Positions 1 to 8,741 are shown, numbered from the stretch's first letter. The stretch: DNA of 64,000 nucleotides from Micavibrio sp. UBA7689 (GCA_002482805.1 DLGR01000034.1:106208-170207); one strand, 5' to 3'. Notes: generated by a model from the letters alone, not told the origin. Numbers and translations: made by a program.

Positions 1-700
1 AGGCATTGCCTGATTGTGAAATCGTGGCAAAACGCGGGTTGGTTTCCATGCGGTCGAGATTGAACGATACAGGAGAAAGCGGATCGAACGCGGAAGATAG
101 ATCCGACAAGGATACCTGCACCATACGCTCGACCAGTTTGGTTTCGATGGTAGTATATGGGCGGCCTTCGACGCGGATCGCGGGTGTACCTTTACGACCA
201 CCGAGCAGAACATCGACGACAGAATAAATCAGAGCAGAGTCGGTCACCATCAAACCGTGGTTGTCCCATTCTTCAGCCTTGAACACCGAAAGCATAGCGG
301 GCAACGGGATAGAGTTCATATAGTCGCCGAAGCGGACCGTGGATACGTTGTCCAAGGATACTTCCACGTTGTCGGACGTCAGGTTACGCAAAGATGTGGA
401 CATCAAACGCACCAGACGGTCGAACACGATGTCCAACATCGGAAGACGTTCGTAATTGACCATCGCGGAATTGATAAGGGCCATAACGCCCGAAGTTTCG
501 GAGCCGCCGGCCAGATCGTCATCGAAACCGAGAAGAGAGTCGATTTCATCTTGGTTCAGAATGCGCGTCGCCGTATCACCGCTCATTGCGGCGGCCATGT
601 CATCACCGCCTGCGGCCGCACCTTCGGTCTCGGCGCCCCACTGGTCCGCCATAGCCTTTTCTTCGTCCGTCATATTGGCGGTTTCGGTTGTGTCGCTCAT
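1..700 (-). CDS. fliM: flagellar motor switch protein FliM, N-terminal ~233 aa (3' end runs off the window)
   Basis: Absent from the ORF track because it is truncated. Reverse translation from ATG at 700-698 gives MSDTTETANMTDEEKAMADQWG...ILNQDEIDSLLGFDD...ERLPMLDIVFDRLVRLMSTSLRNLTSDNVEVSL, a typical FliM N-terminus. It lies directly downstream of fliL. Confidence 0.85.
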   Translation of the reverse strand, partial: MSDTTETANMTDEEKAMADQWGAETEGAAAGGDDMAAAMSGDTATRILNQDEIDSLLGFDDDLAGGSETSGVMALINSAMVNYERLPMLDIVFDRLVRLMSTSLRNLTSDNVEVSLDNVSTVRFGDYMNSIPLPAMLSVFKAEEWDNHGLMVTDSALIYSVVDVLLGGRKGTPAIRVEGRPYTTIETKLVERMVQVSLSDLSSAFDPLSPVSFNLDRMETNPRFATISQSGNA

Positions 701-751
701 ATCTTCAACTTCGCAAGAATCATGCCGAGATTTGGCCGTTTGGTTTCCATA

Positions 752-1369
752 CTATTGTATCAGGATTTCCTGAAAGAGGACATCCTGCACTTCTATGGGG
801 TAAGCGGCTTGGTTCACGCGGGCCAAAAGCTCGATCTGCAGGCGGTAAATACCTGCCGAACCTCGTAAATCCTTTACCCGCAATTCGCGCAAATACGTTT
901 GGAACTGGTCGATCACGCGGGGCATCACCTGCTCCACCGCCGCCATGTCCGCCGCGCTCTTGAACTCCAACTGCACGGCCAGGCGTAGATAGCGAGGCGT
1001 GCCGTCTTCGGAGTTCAGGTTCACGATCATATCGGGAATTTTCAAAAACTTCGCACCGGCAGGGCCGCAAACTTCTTTGCCGTCAGCGCCTTTCACGCAT
1101 TCAGTCGCGGCTTCACCGTGCTCGCCAGCTGCGGCATGCTCCGCGCCTTCGGTCGCGGCCGGTGTCTTGCCGATAAATTTATCGAGCATACCGGTGAAAT
1201 ATGCAGCCGCACCGCCACCGCCGATCAGCAGAACGGCAATCAAGGCAACGATGATAAGCATCTTCTTGCTTTTGCCGCCGCTTTCGCCCTCGCCGTCACC
1301 GGCCGGAGCTTCATCATCCAGCGATGCGTTTACCGGTTCTTTGTCGTCTTTTTTCGGTGGCTGGGCCAT
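752..1369 (-). CDS. fliL: flagellar basal body-associated protein FliL
   Basis: 205 aa with a charged N-terminus, one TM helix (LIIVALIAVLLIGGGG), and a C-terminal FliL-like region (FLKIPDMIVNLNSEDGTPRYLRLAVQLEF). Sits upstream of fliM. Confidence 0.85.
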   Translation of the reverse strand: MAQPPKKDDKEPVNASLDDEAPAGDGEGESGGKSKKMLIIVALIAVLLIGGGGAAAYFTGMLDKFIGKTPAATEGAEHAAAGEHGEAATECVKGADGKEVCGPAGAKFLKIPDMIVNLNSEDGTPRYLRLAVQLEFKSAADMAAVEQVMPRVIDQFQTYLRELRVKDLRGSAGIYRLQIELLARVNQAAYPIEVQDVLFQEILIQ

Positions 1370-1487
1370 GGGGTCGCCTTTGGTGAATTTGGAACAGTCG
1401 GAAGATTATAAATCAGATTAACACATTTCCAACAGGCCGTTTGTGTTTTTCGCCCACAACCCTCTGCCCCGCAAGGCAAAAACGGCA

Positions 1488-1500
1488 GGCAAAAATTTCC
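1488..1500. promoter_or_regulatory. candidate FlbD/NtrC-type enhancer half-palindrome GGCAAAAATTTCC, preceded by a second GGCAAAAA at 1475-1482
   Basis: Near-copy of the perfect palindromes at 7020-7032 and 15373-15385. Lies ~100 bp upstream of the sigma54 promoter at 1600. Confidence 0.4.
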
Positions 1501-1599
1501 CCCCGACTCGGATCCGCACTATCGAAATTACCTGAAGGAATGGCGCTATCGTGCTGTGGATAAATCCATAACGTCTTTTATTCCCTCGGTTTTCCGCTC

Positions 1600-1615
1600 T
1601 GGCACAACATTCGCA
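1600..1615 (+). promoter_or_regulatory. sigma54 (-24/-12) promoter TGGCACaacatTCGCA for the flgF operon
   Basis: GG at 1601-1602 and GC at 1613-1614 have the canonical spacing. 33 bp upstream of the flgF ATG. Confidence 0.7.
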
Positions 1616-1647
1616 ACGGTTTACGGGAATGAGGATGTGAAGAAACC

Positions 1648-2370
1648 ATGGAAAATTCACTCTACGTAGGTTTATCGGGCCAAGTGGCTCTCGAAGAAAA
1701 AATGGCCCTGATCGCCAATAACGTGGCGAATCTGAACACGCCCGGCTATCGCGGGCAGAACGCCGTTTTCAAGGAATTTATCTCCGATCAGCGCCGTATG
1801 AAAGAAGACGTGTCGCTGACTTACAGCTATGGACAATACCAGATCACCGACCCCGGCCCCATCAAATTGACGGGCAACCCGCTGGACGTCGCGCTGGTCG
1901 GACCCGGTTTTATGGGCGTGCAGACACCCGATGGTGTTCAATATACCCGCGCCGGAAACTTCTCTCTTTCCTCCAAGGGAGAATTGATTACCTCGACGGG
2001 CATGCTGGTCGCGGATCAGGGCGGCGGAACCATAGCCATTCCTTCCGAAGCCAAATACGTCACGATCGATGAAAAAGGCGTGATTTCCACGGATCAAGGG
2101 GCGGTTTCGAATCTGATGATTGCGGAATTCGACGACTATCAAAAACTCGAACCCACGGGCAACGGCAACTACAAAACCGATCAAGCCGCGAAACCCGCAA
2201 CCGAAACGCGCGCCCTACAAGGCAAGATCGAAGGCGCGAACGTTCAACCCGTTGTCGAAATGACACGCATGGTGGACGTATTGCGCGAATACCAAGCCGT
2301 ACAACGCATGATGCAATCCGAACATGAACGCCAGCGCACCGTTATCCAGCGGCTCACGGGCAGAAGCTAA
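1648..2370 (+). CDS. flgF: flagellar basal-body rod protein FlgF
   Basis: 240 aa. N-terminal rod motif (LYVGLSGQVALEEKMALIANNVANLNTPGYRG) and C-terminal VQPVVEMTRMVDVLREYQAVQRMM. Precedes flgG. Confidence 0.85.
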   Translation: MENSLYVGLSGQVALEEKMALIANNVANLNTPGYRGQNAVFKEFISDQRRMKEDVSLTYSYGQYQITDPGPIKLTGNPLDVALVGPGFMGVQTPDGVQYTRAGNFSLSSKGELITSTGMLVADQGGGTIAIPSEAKYVTIDEKGVISTDQGAVSNLMIAEFDDYQKLEPTGNGNYKTDQAAKPATETRALQGKIEGANVQPVVEMTRMVDVLREYQAVQRMMQSEHERQRTVIQRLTGRS

Positions 2371-2397
2371 TTTTAGGTAAGAAGGAAGACTAAAACC

Positions 2398-3186
2398 ATG
2401 ATGAGATCACTTGATATCGGCGCGACAGGAATGCTGGCACAGCAGCTGAATGTGGATGTTATATCGAACAACATCGCCAACTCGACGACAAGCGGCTTTA
2501 AACGCCAGCGCGCAGAGTTCCATGATTTGATCTATCAAAACAAGCAACGCCCCGGCGCCACCTCTTCCGATGCAGGCACGACCGTGCCGACCGGTATGCA
2601 ATTCGGTCTTGGCGTTTCCATTGGCTCCGTCTACCGCCTGCATGAACAAGGCACGATCAAAATGACGGAAAACCCACTCGATCTCGCCATCACGGGTGAA
2701 GGTTATTTCCAAATCGATTTGCCTTCGGGCGATACCGCCTATACGCGTTCGGGCGTGTTCCAGTTGAACGAAGACGGTGAAATAGTTACGGCGCAAGGTT
2801 ACACGGTGCAGCCCGGCATCACCGTTCCCGACGATGCTATCGATGTCGTTGTCAACGGCAGCGGTGAGGTGCTGGTAAAACTGCCCAACACGGTTGCGAT
2901 GCAAAACGTGGGTCAGCTTGAAATTTCCACTTTCGTGAACCCAGCCGGCCTCGAAGGTATCGGCGACACCCTCTTCTTGGAAACCGAAGCTTCGGGCGCC
3001 GCGACTGCAGGCGTACCGGACACGGAAAATTTCGGTGAAATCCGCCAAGGCGCATTGGAAAACTCCAACGTCAACATCGTGGAAGAAATCACCAACCTGA
3101 TTTCCGCGCAGCGCGCCTATGAAATGAACTCGAACGTCATAACGACGTCCGATGAAATGCTTCAGACGGTTACACAGCTTAGGTAA
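2398..3186 (+). CDS. flgG: flagellar distal rod protein FlgG
   Basis: 262 aa. MMRSLDIGATGMLAQQLNVDVISNNIANSTTSGFKRQRAEFHDL and C-terminal LENSNVNIVEEITNLISAQRAYEMNSNVITTSDEMLQ. Confidence 0.92.
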   Translation: MMRSLDIGATGMLAQQLNVDVISNNIANSTTSGFKRQRAEFHDLIYQNKQRPGATSSDAGTTVPTGMQFGLGVSIGSVYRLHEQGTIKMTENPLDLAITGEGYFQIDLPSGDTAYTRSGVFQLNEDGEIVTAQGYTVQPGITVPDDAIDVVVNGSGEVLVKLPNTVAMQNVGQLEISTFVNPAGLEGIGDTLFLETEASGAATAGVPDTENFGEIRQGALENSNVNIVEEITNLISAQRAYEMNSNVITTSDEMLQTVTQLR

Positions 3187-3211
3187 CCACTGAGATAAAA
3201 GGAGTACGATC

Positions 3212-4174
3212 ATGAGCAAACAAGTATTGATAGGATTGGATATCGCAGCGCGCATTATGCTGCTGATCTTTACTATCACGTTTGGCATGATCGTCATTCT
3301 GATCGGATCGAAGGAAGCGCTCGCCGCTTCCCTTCGCCCGGACGTTGTTATCACGGGTGATTATATCAAGCTCGGCGATATCTTCGATGGCACGGAAAAC
3401 GCGGAATATGTTCTTGGCCCTGCGCCCGCGCCTGGCAAAGACATGGTTTTGAACGCACGCACGCTTTACAAAATCGCCAGCGCGCTCGATGTTGAATGGA
3501 AACCCGCCACCTCCGCAGAGCAAATCATTCTGCGCCGTGAAGCCGTTGTCATTCCGCAAGACGATATCACTTCCGCTTTGGAAGAAAAAATCCGCGATGA
3601 TGTGAAGGAAAGCTTTTCTATTTCCTACATGACGAAACCTTCGGAAATGGTTATGCCTGCCGGCACGGATGAAGGCTTTGAAATCACGGCCTTCCATTAT
3701 GATGTGCAAAAAGACACGTTTAATGCCTCAATCGTCGCCCCTTCCGCTGAAAACCCGATTAAACGCACCAATGTTTCGGGACGCGTCGAGCGTCTTGTTT
3801 CTGTTCCGGTTTTGAAGAATTCTTTGAAAAATGGCGATATCATCGGCGCTCTGGACATCGACTATATTGAACTGCCGAAAAACAAAATCGCTTCGGGAGT
3901 GGTGATGGAGGAATCAGATCTCGTCAATATGACACCGCGCCGCACGATGGCTTCGGGCAAACCCATTTCCTTAAATGATCTGGAATCCCCAAAAATGGTC
4001 GATCGCGGCGACCTCATCACGCTCGTGTTCGATGATGGAGTCATGTACCTGACGACCAAAGGCAAAGCCTTGCAGGCAGGCGCCATGGGCGACACCGTGC
4101 GCGTATCCAATTCGGACAGCAATAAGAATTTACAAGGCGTCATCACGGGCCACCGTGAAGTGACGATCCGCTAA
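3212..4174 (+). CDS. flgA: flagellar P-ring assembly chaperone FlgA
   Basis: 320 aa with an N-terminal signal/TM segment. C-terminal FlgA-type motif GDLITLVFDDGVMYLTTKGKALQAGAMGDTVRVSNSDSNKNLQGVITG. Lies between flgG and flgH. Confidence 0.8.
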   Translation: MSKQVLIGLDIAARIMLLIFTITFGMIVILIGSKEALAASLRPDVVITGDYIKLGDIFDGTENAEYVLGPAPAPGKDMVLNARTLYKIASALDVEWKPATSAEQIILRREAVVIPQDDITSALEEKIRDDVKESFSISYMTKPSEMVMPAGTDEGFEITAFHYDVQKDTFNASIVAPSAENPIKRTNVSGRVERLVSVPVLKNSLKNGDIIGALDIDYIELPKNKIASGVVMEESDLVNMTPRRTMASGKPISLNDLESPKMVDRGDLITLVFDDGVMYLTTKGKALQAGAMGDTVRVSNSDSNKNLQGVITGHREVTIR

Positions 4175-4217
4175 ACCACTTTTTGGAAAGCTTTTGGAAA
4201 GTAAGAGTAAGGGAGTA

Positions 4218-4979
4218 ATGAAAATGATTAAATCGAAACGCACATGGATGGTTATCGGGCTTGCCCTAGCCTCCACCGCGCTGACGGCTTGTTCTGCGGG
4301 TGAACGTCTGGCCGAAGTGGGCCGCGCGCCCGCCATGGCAGGAATCGAAAACCCCACAACGGACCCTAACTACCGCGCCGTGTCGATGCCGATGCCAGCA
4401 CCTGAAATCGTCAGAAAAGAAAAGAACTCGCTCTGGGCATCCAACCGCCAGACCTTTTTCGAAGATCAGCGTGCGGACAATATCGGGGACATCCTGACCG
4501 TTATGATCGACATCAAGGACAAAGCCGAACTGGACAATGAAACGGAACGCACACGCGAAGCAGACGAAGGTGCAGGGCTGAACGCCCTTCTCGGTTATGA
4601 AGCTTCACTCGCCGAAGTTTTGCCGGAAAACGTAAACAGCGGCGCACTCGTCGGCGCGACGTCTGAATCCGGTCATAAAGGTTCGGGCAAAATCGACCGC
4701 GAAGAAAAAATACAGATGAAACTTGCCGCCACGGTCACGCAGATATTGCCTAACGGCAATCTGGTTATCCAGGGCCGTCAGGAAGTGCGCGTCAATTTTG
4801 AAAAACGCATTCTTGAATTGGCAGGTGTGATCCGCCCCGAAGATATCGGCATCGACAACGCTATCTCCTATGACAAGGTCGCCGAGGCCCGCGTCTCATA
4901 CGGCGGCAAAGGCCAGATCACCGACGTGCAGCAGCCACGCTACGGTCAACAAGTTTACGACGTCCTCTTCCCGTTCTAG
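4218..4979 (+). CDS. flgH: flagellar L-ring lipoprotein FlgH
   Basis: The ORF opens at 4194. The ATG at 4218 follows a GGGAG Shine-Dalgarno (4211-4215). Lipobox LTAC. Conserved GDILTVMIDI, NGNLVIQGRQEVRVN and ISYGGKGQ motifs. Confidence 0.9.
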   Translation: MKMIKSKRTWMVIGLALASTALTACSAGERLAEVGRAPAMAGIENPTTDPNYRAVSMPMPAPEIVRKEKNSLWASNRQTFFEDQRADNIGDILTVMIDIKDKAELDNETERTREADEGAGLNALLGYEASLAEVLPENVNSGALVGATSESGHKGSGKIDREEKIQMKLAATVTQILPNGNLVIQGRQEVRVNFEKRILELAGVIRPEDIGIDNAISYDKVAEARVSYGGKGQITDVQQPRYGQQVYDVLFPF

Positions 4980-5047
4980 GGCTAGAAAGCTCTGCTTGAA
5001 AGGACTGGGATTGGGGCGGCGTAAAACCACCCTTACTCCAAAAGAAA

Positions 5048-5075
5048 AGTCGGCACAGGATGTGCCGGCTTTTTC
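5048..5075. terminator. bidirectional rho-independent terminator
   Basis: 9-bp stem AGTCGGCAC/GTGCCGGCT with loop AGGAT and T-runs on both strands. Lies between flgH (+) and the convergent 108-aa gene (-). Confidence 0.7.
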
Positions 5076-5077
5076 CT

Positions 5078-5404
5078 TTATTGTAATGTTGCAAGCGTGA
5101 TGACGGCGGAGATATAAATCCCCCCCATGATTAGCGGGCCGTAGATCAGTTTCTTTGCAGGTTTGCCGCGCCACAATCTCCACTGTCCGTTGATAAGCGC
5201 AATGAAAGCGATGAATACGAAGAAAGAGCTCAGATAAGCGAGCGTCATAGATTCCACATCGAACCCGAAAATCTTGTACGGCTTTTCATCGGACGGATAA
5301 GCAAAGAAAAAATAACCCGCCAGCACGACGACTAGGCCCAACAGCGAAGCCAGAAATCCCGCGATGGCAGTCAGTGCTTTCTTCATGACACATCCTTTCA
5401 ACAA
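5078..5404 (-). CDS. hypothetical small membrane protein (about 3 TM helices)
   Basis: 108-aa ORF with hydrophobic segments. No recognisable family. Confidence 0.5.
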   Translation of the reverse strand: MLKGCVMKKALTAIAGFLASLLGLVVVLAGYFFFAYPSDEKPYKIFGFDVESMTLAYLSSFFVFIAFIALINGQWRLWRGKPAKKLIYGPLIMGGIYISAVITLATLQ

Positions 5405-5407
5405 AAA

Positions 5408-5436
5408 AAGCCTTTCATAGTGGTGAAAGGCTTTTT
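5408..5436 (-). terminator. rho-independent terminator downstream of the SRPBCC gene
   Basis: 10-bp stem AAGCCTTTCA/TGAAAGGCTT flanked by A/T runs. Confidence 0.7.
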
Positions 5437-5459
5437 AAACTTTATGCGTGAACCGCGTT

Positions 5460-6005
5460 TTAGCCTTCGAGCTCGGTCTTCAGGTCTTTCAAACCTTTAT
5501 CGAACACATGGTTCATGTAGGGCGTCATGAAAACGGTGAGCGCGCTGCAAGGCAATTGCTTCTCACCAGTAAAACCCCACGTCACTTTGGTTTTGTTTTT
5601 CTCGCCTTCAACGGGCTCGGTTACGAACCATGTTTGCGATGTGCCTTCCATCGGGCGGGAAAAGCGCAATTCTGAATCAATGCGCTCGTTCTTTTTGATG
5701 GCTTTGATTTCCTGTTCGCCGGCGCCGAGGTCATCGTTGCCGTCCCATGTGGAAACAGCGCCGACGCGGGCATCGCCTTTGTATTTTATTTTGGCTTCAG
5801 GATCCATTTTCAGCCATGGGCTCCATTTCTCCTGATTTCTCATGCTCAGAAGATAATTGAAAACCTGAGCTTCGGATTTATCGATGACGATCGAGCGTTC
5901 AACCTTCATCGGAGGGCCGAAAATGCCAATGGCAACCAGAAGCACGATCAATGCTACGAGGCCTAAGATTACTTTCTTGGGTGTGCTCAAATTTTTAAGG
6001 CTCAT
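5460..6005 (-). CDS. SRPBCC (START/polyketide-cyclase-like) family protein with N-terminal membrane anchor
   Basis: 181 aa with a TM helix followed by a pattern typical of SRPBCC-fold proteins (VERSIVIDKSEAQVFNYLLSMRNQEKWSPW...). Family call is from memory of this fold. Confidence 0.6.
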   Translation of the reverse strand: MSLKNLSTPKKVILGLVALIVLLVAIGIFGPPMKVERSIVIDKSEAQVFNYLLSMRNQEKWSPWLKMDPEAKIKYKGDARVGAVSTWDGNDDLGAGEQEIKAIKKNERIDSELRFSRPMEGTSQTWFVTEPVEGEKNKTKVTWGFTGEKQLPCSALTVFMTPYMNHVFDKGLKDLKTELEG

Positions 6006-6025
6006 ATCTCTCTCCTTTGCCGCGA

Positions 6026-6460
6026 TTAATCGTCGCGATGGGTTTTTTCCATTTTCTCGTGACGCTCCTGCGCCTCGAGGGAAAGCGTTGCAACGGGGCG
6101 CGCTTCCAGACGTGCAACGCCGATCGGCTCGCCCGTTTCTTCACAAAAACCATATTCGTTCTGGTCGATGCGGATAAGCGCTTCGTTGATCTTGGAAATC
6201 AGTTTGCGTTCGCGGTCACGGGTGCGTAGTTCGAGCGCGTGATCGGTTTCAGCCGATGCGCGATCTGCGAGGTCAGGTTGCTGGAGTTCAGTTTCCTGCA
6301 ACGTGTGATGGATAGTATCCGTCGATTCACGGATCAGCTCGGAACGCCACATGATCAACTTCAGCCGGAAATATTCCAGCATGATCGGATTCATGTACCC
6401 TTTTTTGTCTTTTTCCGGCTTGTAATCAGGGGGAACTATAACGCTTTTTTCTGTAGGCAT
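6026..6460 (-). CDS. dksA: RNA polymerase-binding regulator DksA (single-Cys, non-zinc-finger variant)
   Basis: 144 aa. Coiled-coil tip motif DLADRA (DxxDxA). C-terminal YGFCEETGEPIGVARLEARPVATLS, where the canonical CxxC-N17-CxxC is reduced to one Cys. Confidence 0.88.
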   Translation of the reverse strand: MPTEKSVIVPPDYKPEKDKKGYMNPIMLEYFRLKLIMWRSELIRESTDTIHHTLQETELQQPDLADRASAETDHALELRTRDRERKLISKINEALIRIDQNEYGFCEETGEPIGVARLEARPVATLSLEAQERHEKMEKTHRDD

Positions 6461-6546
6461 AATTGGTCCTTGTAAAACTACACAATGCTGAAAAGCGAGG
6501 AGAATATAGGGACTTAGCCCTTCTCTGGCAAGGGGCTAGGGTGTGA

Positions 6547-7011
6547 TTAGTGGGTGGTTTCCATGGCTTTTCTGACCTTGGCGATTTCAATCTGCGCGCG
6601 CAGGTCGATTTCGTCGAGGATAGCGGTCAGGCGCGGATCGGCCACTTTTTCACGGTGAGAGGCCACTACGTCCGCAATATCAATGACTTGACCCAGCGTC
6701 ATGGTGCCGGTCAGAAGGCTTATTTTGAGCCGGTCGAGTTCTTGGAGAATATCCTCGCCGCGGGCATGCATACGCTTGCGGGCGGCGCGTTCAGTCGGGC
6801 TTTCAGCCCCCTGTACGCTCAAAAGAGCATCAACGCGGGCGATGGAATTTGTGGGCGCGGCGCCCGTAGCACCCTTGGGCGCATACGAGATGAAATCCTC
6901 AAAACTGCCGTCAGAATCCACCTTGCCGGATTTTTTGGTTCCGCCTGCGCCTTGTGTCTTGGATGGGCCTTCGATCTTCATAGGTTCATTATACCCCTTC
7001 TCACCCCACAT
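6547..7011 (-). CDS. fliX: flagellar assembly regulator FliX (trans-acting partner of FlbD)
   Basis: 154 aa (144 aa if it starts at the ATG at 6981, MKIEGPSK...). Divergent from flgI as in Caulobacter. The Gly/Lys-rich N-terminus and conserved C-terminal helix region fit FliX. Confidence 0.7.
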   Translation of the reverse strand: MWGEKGYNEPMKIEGPSKTQGAGGTKKSGKVDSDGSFEDFISYAPKGATGAAPTNSIARVDALLSVQGAESPTERAARKRMHARGEDILQELDRLKISLLTGTMTLGQVIDIADVVASHREKVADPRLTAILDEIDLRAQIEIAKVRKAMETTH

Positions 7012-7019
7012 ATATAAGA

Positions 7020-7032
7020 GGCAAATTTTGCC
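7020..7032. promoter_or_regulatory. perfect palindrome GGCAAA-T-TTTGCC, candidate FlbD (ftr-like) enhancer
   Basis: Exact reverse complement of the site at 15373-15385. Lies 114 bp upstream of the flgI sigma54 promoter, in the fliX-flgI divergent region. Confidence 0.5.
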
Positions 7033-7145
7033 GAGTTGGTTAAGGCAAAGATAAAGCAGGATATTTTTTCCGGGCGGTTTTGTGTGCGCAAGGCGATTTT
7101 CAAACTAAGCGACTGATTTACTTCTCAAAATATATCCACACGCTC

Positions 7146-7161
7146 TGGCACGGTCTTCGCA
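7146..7161 (+). promoter_or_regulatory. sigma54 promoter TGGCACggtctTCGCA for the flgI-flgE operon
   Basis: GG at 7147-7148 and GC at 7159-7160 have canonical spacing. About 40 bp upstream of the flgI ATG at 7200. Confidence 0.7.
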
Positions 7162-7199
7162 AGGTTTCTTTCGAATTTATGCAGGGTGAAGACCGAATT

Positions 7200-8363
7200 A
7201 TGTTTAACAAAAAACAAAAACAGCGCGGATCGATGATCGAAATGGCCCTTCTCGCCACGTTTGTCATGGGCGTTCTGATTCTGACACTTGCCGGATTTGC
7301 AGGAACCGCAGACGCAAAAACAACGCGCATCAAAGACATCGTCGCCTTCGAAGGCGTGCGTGAAAACCAGTTGGTCGGTTACGGTTTGGTTGTCGGCTTG
7401 AACGGCACGGGTGACTCGCTGAACAATTCTCCCTTCACCGAACAATCCTTGATCGCCATGTTGGAACGCCTTGGCGTCAACGTGCGCGATCAAAACCTCA
7501 ACACGGGCAACGTCGCCGCCGTGATGGTAACGGCAACCCTACCCCCCTTTACAAACCAGGGTACGACCATTGATGTAAACATTTCCTCGCTCGGTGATTC
7601 CGAATCCCTGCAAGGCGGGACGCTTCTGGTCACGCCTTTGATGGCGGCTGATGGCGAAGTGTATGCAGTAGCCCAAGGCTCCGTGAACATCTCCGGCTTC
7701 TCCGCCGCAGGTGATGCAACCTCCGTCACACAAAACACACCGACCGCCGCGCGCATTCCCGGCGGTGCGATTGTGGAGCGCGAATTAAACTTCCGTCTCG
7801 AAGATCTGGATACCGTAAAACTTTCCTTGCGTAACCCTGACTTCACCACCGCTCGCCGCATCGCGCAGGCCATCAATGGCTTCTCCGCTTCCAACATCGC
7901 CACGGCTGAAAACCCTGCGAGCGTGGTTTTGAAACGCCCCAGCATGTATGCAGGTACGATTGTCGATTTGATTACAGATGTCGAACAACTGCCCGTTGAA
8001 CCCGATCAAATCGCGCGCGTTGTAATCGATGAACGTTCTGGCGTTATAGTCATGGGTTCCGATGTGAAAATTAGCACTGTTGCGATTGCGCAAGCCAACC
8101 TGACCATCAAGATCACCGAAACACCGCAAGTATCCCAGCCCAACCCCTTTGCCGAAGAAGGCGAAACGATTGTCGTTCCGCGCACAGATTTGGAAGTCAA
8201 TAACGGGCCCAATGCGAAACTCGCCGTCATGGAAACGGGCGTAACGCTGGAAGATCTCGTCACCGGTTTGAACCGCCTCGGCGTTCCCCCGCGTGATGTG
8301 ATTACGATTTTGCAAGCCATCAAAGCCGCAGGCGCACTGCAGGCAGAAATCACGACGATGTAG
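7200..8363 (+). CDS. flgI: flagellar P-ring protein FlgI
   Basis: The ORF track starts at 7080, but that extension overlaps the sigma54 promoter. The ATG at 7200 gives a signal peptide ...LAGFAGTADA/KTTRIKDIV. Conserved GYGLVVGLNGTGD and LQAIKAAGALQAEI. Confidence 0.9.
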   Translation: MFNKKQKQRGSMIEMALLATFVMGVLILTLAGFAGTADAKTTRIKDIVAFEGVRENQLVGYGLVVGLNGTGDSLNNSPFTEQSLIAMLERLGVNVRDQNLNTGNVAAVMVTATLPPFTNQGTTIDVNISSLGDSESLQGGTLLVTPLMAADGEVYAVAQGSVNISGFSAAGDATSVTQNTPTAARIPGGAIVERELNFRLEDLDTVKLSLRNPDFTTARRIAQAINGFSASNIATAENPASVVLKRPSMYAGTIVDLITDVEQLPVEPDQIARVVIDERSGVIVMGSDVKISTVAIAQANLTIKITETPQVSQPNPFAEEGETIVVPRTDLEVNNGPNAKLAVMETGVTLEDLVTGLNRLGVPPRDVITILQAIKAAGALQAEITTM

Positions 8364-8741
8364 GTGCATGATATGAAACTCGATACCGCACCTTTGATGA
8401 ACCAATTCGCGATGGACCAAGGTCTCAACGCCGCCAAAATGGCGCGCATCGACGAAACGGCGAAAGATTTCGAAGCGATGTTTGTTACCGAAATGATGCG
8501 CCCGATGTTCGACACGATCGAAGTGAATGAAACTTTCGGCGGTGGCAAAGGCGAAGAAATCTTCCGCGGCTTCATGCTCGATGAATACGGGAAGAACATG
8601 GCGGCTTCGGGTGGTCTCGGCATCGCCGATCTCGTAAAAGCCCAGTTGATAGAAATGCAAAGCGCGGCCGATAAACCCGCGATGGCACAGAATATGCATA
8701 AAAATCCCTTAGAAGATGGAGCGACAGACGATGCAAGCTAA
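8364..8741 (+). CDS. flgJ: rod-binding protein FlgJ/CheL-like (rod-binding domain only, no muramidase domain)
   Basis: 125 aa with AKDFEAMFVTEMMRPMF...GEEIFRGFMLDEYGKNMAASGGLGIADLV. An alternative ATG is at 8373. Confidence 0.8.
   Translation: MHDMKLDTAPLMNQFAMDQGLNAAKMARIDETAKDFEAMFVTEMMRPMFDTIEVNETFGGGKGEEIFRGFMLDEYGKNMAASGGLGIADLVKAQLIEMQSAADKPAMAQNMHKNPLEDGATDDAS

Noticed and set aside
2407-3354. Long shadow ORFs opposite or out of frame to real genes (for example 2407-3354, 7785-8699, 8755-9594, 9958-10770, 20212-21195, 42076-42744, 44075-44956, 57897-58568)
   Set aside because: Each overlaps a gene with strong family motifs on the other strand or frame. Their translations are Arg/Gly/His-rich nonsense typical of antisense frames.
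7040-7054. TTAAggcaaagATAA (and TTAAcacatttCCAA at 1418-1432) as CtrA boxes for fliX/flgI and fliL
   Set aside because: Only one half-site is intact in each, which is too weak to call.
7080-7199. N-terminal extensions in the ORF track (flgI from 7080, flgH from 4194, flhA from 25767, yejB from 48370, yihY from 58489, lipoprotein to 24601, small ORFs from 47592 and 59598)
   Set aside because: The extensions use non-ATG starts, overlap promoters or upstream genes, and precede obvious signal peptides or conserved N-termini. Internal starts fit better.
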